Below, one piece after another: positions 30,678 through 39,900 of a DNA stretch of 64,000 bases (position 1 is its first letter; each line of letters starts with the position of its first letter). This DNA is from Anaerolineales bacterium (GTDB taxonomy: Bacteria; Chloroflexota; Anaerolineae; Anaerolineales; UBA11858), in assembly GCA_046483045.1 (NCBI GenBank), contig JAWODY010000081.1, positions 7,502-71,501 of the forward strand. The letters run 5' to 3'. The notes beneath the pieces were generated by a model. The model did not search any database, was not told where the DNA came from, and saw nothing but the letters and a program-made list of their open reading frames with translations. The translations under genes and the position numbers were made by a program.

Positions 30678-31469
30678 TCACCCCTCCCTTTTCGATTTCA
30701 GGGCCTGGATCCGGGCGCTGAACAGCGGAGGCATGCCCTCGTAATTCTCCGGGACCATATCGTCGGCTGAAACCTTATCCGTCACCCGCACGTCCTCAAA
30801 TCCAGCAGCGCGCATCCAATCCAGATAATCCTCCAGCTCTATGGCTCCCGTGATACATTCCGCCCAGCGTTCCGGATCCTCCCGGACATGAGATGGGAAG
30901 GGTCCGCCGGCCACGATGTCGCTGATCGAGATCCGCCCGCCCGGCTTGAGGACCCGGTAGGCTTCCCGGAAGACGGGCGCTTTGTCGGGGGCAAGGTTGA
31001 TGACACAGTTGGAGAGGATGACATCCACCGTGCCCTCTTCCATCGGCAGCGACTCGACCTGGCCCAGTCGAAATTCCACGTTTTCCATCCCCAATTTTTC
31101 CTTGTTGCGCCTGGCCCGGGCGATCATATCCTCCGTCATGTCCACGCCAATCACTCGGCCTTCTTTCCCTACTAGCTCAGCAGCCAGGAAGCAGTCCAGC
31201 CCCCCACCGCTGCCCAGGTCAAGAACCACCTCCCCGGGCTGGAGACCGGCCAGGGTCACTGGATCACCGCAGCCCAGCGCCCCACCCGTCACGTCTTCCG
31301 GCATGTCCCCCAAAACCACCGGCTCATACAGGGGACCGCAGCAGGCACCCCCGCTGGACGCTCCTTCCCCAGGGCCGCAGCACGGATCCGAGCTACGCGC
31401 CTTTTCAGCGTAGCGGTCCTTCACCACCCGGCGGATCTCTTCCTCCTCAAACTTGAAATCTCCTACCAT
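30678..31469 (-). CDS. arsM: Arsenite S-adenosylmethionine methyltransferase
   Basis: CC-rich N-terminus, LGCGDP, LDLGSGGGLDCF, SNCVINL, WAECITGA. Confidence 0.92.
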   Translation of the reverse strand: MVGDFKFEEEEIRRVVKDRYAEKARSSDPCCGPGEGASSGGACCGPLYEPVVLGDMPEDVTGGALGCGDPVTLAGLQPGEVVLDLGSGGGLDCFLAAELVGKEGRVIGVDMTEDMIARARRNKEKLGMENVEFRLGQVESLPMEEGTVDVILSNCVINLAPDKAPVFREAYRVLKPGGRISISDIVAGGPFPSHVREDPERWAECITGAIELEDYLDWMRAAGFEDVRVTDKVSADDMVPENYEGMPPLFSARIQALKSKREG

Positions 31470-31486
31470 CGTTCTCTCCTCAACTC

Positions 31487-31502
31487 ATCGACAATCATCG
31501 AT
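31487..31502. promoter_or_regulatory. Putative second ArsR operator before arsM
   Basis: ATCGA-caatca-TCGAT inverted repeat matching the operator at 31831-31850. Confidence 0.55.
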
Positions 31503-31524
31503 ATATCGGATAAAAAAATTCAAC

Positions 31525-31821
31525 CTATTCTCCGGATTCATCCACATCAGGGGCAAAGCGAGTCACCAGCTGCCCGCAGCACACCGCCAGGCGTTCCTGG
31601 TTGAGGGTGTACAGGCGGCGGCGCCCTTCGCGGCGGAACCTGACCAAGCCGGCCTCCTCCAGTTTCTTGAGATGGTGGCTGACCGTGGGCTGGTTGACCC
31701 GGCCTTCCAGCCGGTCTACGACCTCACCCACGCTGAGCCACTCGCAACACAGAATGTCCATGATTTCCTGCCGGGTAGCGTCCGCCAGAACCTTTGCAAA
31801 CTGCAGGTTAATTTGTTTCAT
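31525..31821 (-). CDS. arsR: ArsR/SmtB family repressor
   Basis: KVLADATRQEI…QPTVSHHLKKLEEAGLV…RREGR; two CC pairs; upstream of arsM. Confidence 0.9.
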   Translation of the reverse strand: MKQINLQFAKVLADATRQEIMDILCCEWLSVGEVVDRLEGRVNQPTVSHHLKKLEEAGLVRFRREGRRRLYTLNQERLAVCCGQLVTRFAPDVDESGE

Positions 31822-31827
31822 ACTTTA

Positions 31828-31855
31828 ATTATATCGATATTCATCAATATGACAA
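31828..31855 (-). promoter_or_regulatory. sigma70 promoter of arsR with overlapping operator (probably leaderless transcript)
   Basis: TTGTCA-16-TATAAT; ATATCGA-N6-TCAATAT inverted repeat; ATG 6 nt after the -10 box. Confidence 0.75.
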
Positions 31856-31997
31856 GGGACTCTCTTTCATTACCACTGCGATCCCCTCACGGAACCCTGA
31901 CTGCAAAACACAGCCGGGCCTGGAGAACGCCGGTGGAAAGATCCTGGTCCAAAAAGAAATTGGAATTCATTCCATACCATACAAAACGGGGAGATGT

Positions 31998-33599
31998 TTA
32001 TTTGCCTATGATGTGCAGGGCAGCCGCTTCCGCGGCTTTGATGCCGTCCACGGCTGATGATAAGATGCCCCCCGCGTATCCCGCGCCCTCTCCAGCCAGA
32101 TACAGGCCGGGGAGCGAGATGCTCTGGTAATCATCCCCCCGCAGGATCCGGACCGGGGACGAGGTGCGGGTCTCCACGCCGGTGAACACTGCCTCGTCCA
32201 TGGCAAAGCCGCGGATCTTTTCGTCAAAGGCGGGAAGCGCTTCGCGGATGGCTGCTGCCGCATAGCCGGGCAAACAGGCCCGTAAATCTGCGGGACGCAC
32301 CCCGGGCTGATAGGTGGGCTCCACGGCGCCCAGGGATGTCGAAGCCCGGCCAGCCAGAAAATCTCCCACCAGCTGGGCCGGGGCATGATAGTTCTCCCCG
32401 CCCGCCTGGAAGGCCGCCTCCTCCCAGCGGCGTTGAAAGGCGATGCCCTCCAGCGGGCCGTCGGGGTAATCCCGGGGGCTGACTTCGCAGACCACGGCGC
32501 TGTTGGCGTTAACCGCGTTCCGCCCGTACTGGCTCATGCCGTTGGTGACCACCGTCTCCAGCTCGGACGCCGCCCCCAGCACCGTGCCCCCGGGACACAT
32601 GCAGAAGGTGTACACCGACCGGCCGCGGCTGCCGTGGTGCACCAGCTGATAATCCGCCGCGCCCAGCCGGGGGTGCCCGGCCTGTTCTCCATACTGACTG
32701 CGGTCAATCAAGGCTTGGGGATGCTCGATGCGCAGGCCGATGGAAAAGGGCTTGGCCTCCAGCGCTGCCCCGCGTTCGCGGAGCATGCGGAAGGTGTCCC
32801 GCGCGCTGTGCCCCACAGCGAGGATGACGTGCCGGGACAGGATCTCTTCCCCATCTTCCAGCCTGACCCCACACACGCAGTCGTTTTCCAGGAGCAAATC
32901 CACCACCCGGGATTGGTAGCGGTACCGGCCTCCCAGAGACTGGATCCTGTCCCGCATCTTCTGCAGGATCTTGACCAGCCGTAGGGTGCCGAGATGCGGT
33001 TTGTTGAGATAAAGGATTTCCTCCGGGGCTCCGGCCCGGACAAATTCCTGGAGCACTTTGCGGTCCCGGTTGGCCCGATCTGAAACCCGGGTATACAGTT
33101 TGCCGTCCGAAAACGTGCCCGCCCCGCCCTCTCCAAACTGCACATTCGACTCCGGATTCAGGCGCCCTTCCCGCCAGAATTCAAACGTGTCCGCCGCCCG
33201 CTCCCGGACTTTTTTTCCCCGCTCGATGAGCAGCGGCTCAAAGCCCATTTCCGCCAGTACCAGCCCGGCGAATAAACCTGCCGGTCCTGTCCCCACCACC
33301 AGGGGCCGTTCAACGTCCTCACCGATGGCGCGGGTCACGAGCCGGTAGCTGGTATCCGGCGCCGGCCGCACCTGGGAATCACGCTCTATCCTGTGGGAAA
33401 GGACCTCTTCGTCCTTCACCTCGACCAGCAGGGAATAGACCAGCTTGATATCGTTCTCCCTCCGGGCGTCCACGCTGCGTTTGGAGATGGAAACGTCGAC
33501 CAGCTCCCCCTCGGGGATACCCAGCCGGCGGGCAGCGGCCTCAGCCAGCTCCCCTTCCCGATGATCAAGTTTTAACCGTATGTTATGCAGGAGCAGCAT
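31998..33599 (-). CDS. FAD/NAD(P)-dependent oxidoreductase (COG2509-type)
   Basis: VVGTGPAGL, NVQFGEGGAGTFSDGKL, FCMCPGG, ETRTSSP, GEGAGYAGGI. Confidence 0.93.
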   Translation of the reverse strand: MLLLHNIRLKLDHREGELAEAAARRLGIPEGELVDVSISKRSVDARRENDIKLVYSLLVEVKDEEVLSHRIERDSQVRPAPDTSYRLVTRAIGEDVERPLVVGTGPAGLFAGLVLAEMGFEPLLIERGKKVRERAADTFEFWREGRLNPESNVQFGEGGAGTFSDGKLYTRVSDRANRDRKVLQEFVRAGAPEEILYLNKPHLGTLRLVKILQKMRDRIQSLGGRYRYQSRVVDLLLENDCVCGVRLEDGEEILSRHVILAVGHSARDTFRMLRERGAALEAKPFSIGLRIEHPQALIDRSQYGEQAGHPRLGAADYQLVHHGSRGRSVYTFCMCPGGTVLGAASELETVVTNGMSQYGRNAVNANSAVVCEVSPRDYPDGPLEGIAFQRRWEEAAFQAGGENYHAPAQLVGDFLAGRASTSLGAVEPTYQPGVRPADLRACLPGYAAAAIREALPAFDEKIRGFAMDEAVFTGVETRTSSPVRILRGDDYQSISLPGLYLAGEGAGYAGGILSSAVDGIKAAEAAALHIIGK

Positions 33600-33877
33600 A
33601 GAAATATCCAATCCCAACTATCTCAAGGTGATGGTAGATCCAAAGATCATTTTACCAGGCCCATCCCTGAGAGCCAGGGCCCGCATTCAGATCACGATCA
33701 CCAGAAGCCCAGGCCATCGCACTGAATTTTCAGGGAAAGACAGGCCAAGAACAGGCGCCGGAAATTCGACAACCCCAAAATCCAGTCCGGAACAAGGATA
33801 AATCGGGCACCAGGGGATAAGACGAGAATAAACAGGTCTTCCCAAGGAGATTTAAATTAACAGGGGCCCTAAATCGG

Positions 33878-33913
33878 AAACCCCGGAGTTCTATCAAACC
33901 TCCGGGGTTTTTT
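33878..33913. terminator. Intrinsic terminator downstream of the glucan synthase gene
   Basis: AAACCCCGGAG…CTCCGGGGTTT 11-bp stem. Confidence 0.8.
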
Positions 33914-33947
33914 ATGATTCTCAGGCCGCTCAGGTCGATCAGGTCCT

Positions 33948-36900
33948 TTACTTTTCTGCCCGCCCCAGCAGCACTTCCACCTCATGTTCCCGGCCGTCAC
34001 TCGACAGCGGAATGTCCTTCTCCGGCAGCTCCTCGCCGTCCAGCATCACCCTCACCACACCACGGTTGACCCCCTCGGGATTTTCCACCCGGATCCGGTA
34101 GACCGTCCCTCCCTGCCGGTAAGTCAAGGTATACCCCGGCCAGCCCGCCGGTACGCACGGTTCGATGCGCAGCACGTTTCCCGCGCGCTTCAGCCCCAGG
34201 ATGGCTTCCATCCCCAGCTGAAGCATCCATCCCGCAGACCCCGTATACCACGTCCAGCCCCCGCGGCCGACGTGCTGCTCATGACTGTAGACATCTGCTG
34301 CCACCACATAAGGCTCAACCCGGTACCGCTCCGCTTTTTCGCGCGTGTCGCTGTGATAGATAGGATTGAGAAGCCGAAAATACTCTTCAGCACGGTCACC
34401 CCGGCCCATTTCCGCAAAAGCCCACACGGTCCACAGGGCAGCGTGCGTGTACTGCCCCCCATTTTCGCGGACCCCCGGGGGATAGCCCTTGATATAACCC
34501 GGGTCGCGCGTGGTCTTATCAAAGGGAGGTGTGAAGAGCTGCAGGATCCGCGCATCCTCTTGCACCAGCCGCTCAGAGAGGGATGCCAGGGCCCGCTCCA
34601 CGCGCTCTTCATCCCCTGCGCCTGACAACACCGCCCAGGACTGGGCCATGGAGGTGATGCAGCATTCCTCGTTTTCCGCTGAACCGAGCGGGACACCGTC
34701 GTCATCGTAGGCCCGGAGGTACCACTGGCCATCCCAGGCGTTTTCCTTCAGCGATTGTTGGATCTCCTGGGCCCTGCGCCGGAAAGTTTCCGCCCGTTCG
34801 CCGTCTGCCACCCTTTCACACATCTCCGAAAAGCGCGTCAAGGCAGCGTAGAGAAACCAGCCCAGCCAGACGCTCTCCCCCCGCCCTTCGATACCCAACC
34901 GGTTCAAGCCGTCATTCCAGTCCCCGGCGCCGATCAGCGGCAGCCCATGCGGGCCTGCGGTTGAACCCTTCTCCAGGGCCCGGCAGCAGTGTTCGTAAAG
35001 TGAAGCCGTTTCCTCCCCTGACTCGTAGTGAGCGTAGCGCTCCTCTTCGCCATTCTCCAAAGGCTCTCCCGTGCGAAAGGCCACCTCTTCCTTGAGAATA
35101 TCCTCATCGCCAGTTTTCCTAACATATTCAGCGGTCACGTAGGGCAGCCACAGCAAATCATCGCTGATGCGGGTCCGCACCCCCCGGCCGGAGGGCGGGT
35201 GCCACCAGTGCAGGACATCTCCCTCTGCGAACTGGTGCCGGGCCGCGTTCAGGATATGCTCCCGCACCAGATCGGGCCGGGTATGAAGCAGCGCCATTAC
35301 ATCCTGGAGTTGATCCCGGAACCCGTAGGCTCCGCTGGATTGATAAAGCGCAGATCGCCCCCAAACCCGGCAGGACAGCGCTTGGTAGAGCAGCCAGCGG
35401 TTGAGGAGTAAATCCATCGCCGGCTCGGGCGTTTTCACAGTGACCGCACCCAGCACCTCATCCCAGCGCTCATTCACCTCCCGCCATGCCTCTTCAACCG
35501 CTTCAAAATCTCGATAGCTGTCGATCAAGCCCACCGCCTCCGCCCGGCCCGTTCCCTGTCCGAGGAGGAAAAAGACTTCTTTGGTTTCCCCCGGATCCAG
35601 TTCAATGTGAAGCTGCAGCGCCGCGCAGGGATCCAGCCCGGCTTCAACGCGGCCCGAAAGCCCGATGCGCTCCAGCGCTGCCGGCTGCCGGAAGCTCCCC
35701 TCCCGCCCCAGGAACTCCGTCCGGTCCGTGGTCAGGCCGTGGGGAGACTTGCTGGCGCTCAAGAAAGCCACCCGCTGCCCGAATTCGGGGTGATACGTGT
35801 TACGCGCCAGGAGCGCCGCTGTCCCGGCATCATATTCAGGGACAATGTGCTGCTGCGTTTCGCCCCGGTGAGTACCCAAAACCCATTCCGCATAGTACGT
35901 CGCGGTCAGCCGCCGGCTGATTTCCCAGGTATTTTCCAGCCGCAGCCGCACCACTTTGACCGGCGCGTTCGCCGCGGCGAAGAGCTGGAGGCGCTGCTTG
36001 AGCCCATGGCTGTTGTGCTCAAAGGTGGAATAACCAGCACCGTGGCGGATGAGGTACGGCTCCTCTTCCCGTGCCGGCAGCGGTGTGGGCGACCAAACCT
36101 CAGCTGTATTTTCATCACGGAGGTAGAGCGCTTCTCCCGGCTGATCGGAAACAGGGTCATTGCGCCAGGGCGTTAACCGGTTTTCACCGCTGTTCCCGGC
36201 CCAGGTGTATCCCGAACCCGCTTCCGAGACCAGAAAGCCAAACGATGGATTGGCGATGACGTTGATCCACGGCGCCGGCGTCCACTGCTCTCCGTCAAGG
36301 TAGGTGACATACTCGCGCCCATCGGGGCTGAATCCCCCATGGCCATTATCAAAGAGCAGGTCGTCGGGCCGGGACAGGGGCGGTGTCGTCCCCCTCTTTT
36401 TAATGCTCGTGGGGATAAAGCTGGGCAGCCTGCTGGGCGGGTCAGGCAATCCGGCCAGGTGATCGACCAGCGATCCCTCCTTCCCATCCAGCACAACCCG
36501 CGCGGCCGTCTCCAGCACGACCTTGGTGTCCCTGTCCAACTGGTTGCTGCGCAGCAAAAAGATCCCGCCCCGCCGGTTGACCCAGGCGTCGCTTTCCATT
36601 TTGGACAACAGTTGGTTGATCCGGTCGCTGAGCTCCTGGGCGTAACCGGTATCCTTTGTATTGAGGATCACAAGGTCGATCTTGATGCGGCGTGCGCGCC
36701 AGTAGGCATGCGCCCGCAGCAGCTCGCGCACCAGCGGCAGCTCCCCCTCACTGGCGATGCGCACCAGGAGGATCGGGTAATCTCCAGAGATCGCATAAGG
36801 CCAGAGCCCCGACTGTCCTTTCTGATTTGAAGCCAGCGTTTCCGGCTCAGCCCGCAGCATCTTATGGGGATAGAGAAGGAGAGAAAAAAGCCGCTGCATA

Positions 36901-39900
36901 TGCTTCAGATCTTCGACTTCCAGGTGGAGGCGCTGCAATTCATTTTCGCTCTGGGCCCGGGCGCGCAAGAAAGCCAGATTGATCCGGGACCAGGTTCGAT
37001 AGCGTTGGGCCAGGGAGATGGCTTCCTCCTGCGTGCCGGCAGCCAGGGTGAGAAAAGCCAGCTGCGAGGTCGAATACGGATCCAGTTCTATCTCTATCCC
37101 CAGTGCCATCACCGGGTCCAGGGTGGTGCCGTCTGTTTCCGAAAGCCAGTTCTCCATTTCCAGAGCAGCCGGATCCCTTACCGAACGCCCCCTGCCCAGA
37201 AATTGGGCCCGATCGCTCTCATATGTGACTCTACCCCCGGCGCCTTCTTCCGGGACCAGGAGGTGGATCAAGGTAAGCGGAGCTTCACCGGCCGAGCGCG
37301 GCCGGCGGCGGAAAAGGAGGGCATTGAGGTCAGGCAGGTACTCACTCGCAATAAACAGCTTATTGAACGCCGGGTGGCGCCGGTCGGAAGCTAGAGGGGC
37401 GAGAGCAATCTCGCCATAGCTTGTGAGACGGAGACGCCGTGTATTTCTTCCGTGATTGGTGAGGGTCAGCTTGCGAATTTCAACATCTTCCTCCGGCGCC
37501 ACAGTCACCGCCATTTTTAATGCCAGATTATGGTCCCGGCGCCTGAACACGGCCTGGTGAGCGTGGAAAGCGACTTCATAGTTTGGCGAGGGTTGGCCCA
37601 CCGGCTGCCGACCGACAGACCAGAGCGCGTCTTTTTCCTGCTCCTGGAGATAGATCCAGGTCCCCCAGCTATCCAGGGTGGTATCCGCCCGCCAGCGAGT
37701 CAGGGCGACAGTCTCCTCTTCCCCCTTTTCCCCGCGGGTGAGGGAGCTGTACCCTCCCCCAGCGCGCGTGATCATCACACCGTACCTGCCATTGGAAAGA
37801 AAATGGACCTGAGGAACCATGTCGTCCGCCGGCGCCTGCCAGGGCTGCAGGTGAACCGGTTCCCTTTCAGTAGTTTCAACCCATACTTCCCGGGGAGGCC
37901 CCTCCTCTCTCACCCGCTGCGGGATACGCTCCTGGAGCAGCAGTTCAACGCTTTCAACGCGGGGATCGGAGTGGAAGCGCCCCACCATACGCTCATCAAG
38001 GAAATGATTGGCCAACGATATAAAGATCATGCCCTGGTGGTGGGCCATATAGGAGTGCACCACGGCCCGCTCCTCTCCCAGGGGAAGCCGTGACGACGTG
38101 TAGTCCACAGCTTCGTAGAAGCCATAAGGACCCAGGGCGCCCTCCCGGATCAAAGCTGAGATATTCTTCATGACCTCGAGGGGTGCTACCGGGAGCGCCA
38201 ATAAGGAAGCGTAAGGGGCGATCACCAGGTCTCCGCCCAGGCCATGTTTGCGGCCCAGCCCGGGGAGGCCAAACCCACGATACTGGTAATTTAACTGGTT
38301 GTCAAAACGATAATACCCCGACTCCGAAATCCCCCATGGGACACCCCGCTCCCGCGCATAATCAATTTGGTGCCGCACCACAACCTGATTGGTCTGATCC
38401 AGCAGCATGCCCTCGTAATCCCGCATCAAAAGCCCAGGCATCAGATATTCGAACATCGACCCATTCCAGGACAGCATCACACTCGAGCCATCGATCCGGG
38501 CAAAGGGACGGCCCAGATGGAGCCAATGTTCCTGGGGGACCTCCTCCTTGGCGATCGCCACAATGCTGGCTGTGCGGGCTTCCGAAGCCAGGAGGTCATA
38601 ATGGTTGGCATCCCATTCCTCTCTACCCACATCATAGCCCAACCGGAAAACCTGGCGCCGGGGATCAAAGAGAAAACTGAAATCCATGTCCTGAAAAATC
38701 TCTCCGGCTGCGCTGATCAAATTTTGGAGCCCAAGCCTCCAGCCACGAATATTAAGCCGGGTGGATTGCAGTTCCTCATCCAGGCGCTGGCACCAGGCCA
38801 CCGCTTTCTCGATTTTCTCCACCATCCCCGGATGGCTGGTCGTCCCTTTCTCTTCCAGCTTCCCCTGGAGATGGTTTTTCAACGTCTCCACCTTTGCCCT
38901 CCCTGCTTGATAAGCGGCAAACGCATCCTCAATGGAGAGATCAACCGCCAGGGCCTCCCGCAGTTCTTCCCAGGCTTCGTAAGCAGCCGGATCCAGCTCC
39001 AGCGCGGATGTTTCGCGCAAGAGAGAGGGCGGATTATGCAGCAGGGACAGCCAGGGGCAGAACTTCTCCCATTCGTTTTTCATGTTGCGCAAGTGGTAAT
39101 GCAGGCGTTCCGCCCAAATCCGGAGGTTTTGCAGAGTCGATGCCGATAGGCGGTCCTCCCCAGACTCTACAAGCGACTTCAAAAGATGGTTTAACGTCTC
39201 AGCGCTCTCACCATTGAGTTCTTCCAGGAGGGACAGCCAGCGGCCGGGTTCCTTCCGCCCATCCTGCACCTTTTTGCGCATGCCCGCAAGATGGTCCCCC
39301 AGAGAATCCGCCGCTTGCTCGAGCTCATTGTCCCCATCCACGCCATCCACAACCTCCGACAGGACACCCAAGGTATCGTAAAAACCCTGCCAGCGCTGCC
39401 AGCGGAGGAGGGATCCTTGTTGAAGCTCCTTCAGGCCCTGCCGGAGCGCCAGCAGGCAGCCCGCCAGGTTGCCGCTGTCGACGGTGGAGACATAGCGGGG
39501 AGAGAGGGGAGTCAGATTCTGGGTGTCATACCAGTTCAGAAAATGACCCCGGAACCGCTCCAGTTTATCCAGGCTCTCGAAGGCATCCTCGATGCGCAAG
39601 GTGAGGTCCATCAAACCAATATAACCCAGGTCGTAGGCTCCCAGGGTAGAAACCAACATCAAACCAATGTTCGTAGGGGAAGTGCGATGCGCCACCACAC
39701 CGCGCGGCTTTTCCTGGAAATGATCCGGCGCCAGCCAGTGATCTTGCGGGCCAACATAACGCTCGAAATAGAGCCACGTGCGGCGGGCCAAATGCCTTAA
39801 CTGCTGGCGCTGATAATTGGAGAGGGATTTTTTTTCGCGCGTCACGGGCTCGCTGAGCCAGCCCGCTATTCTGGGAGAGAGCACCCAGGCCAGCAGCAGC

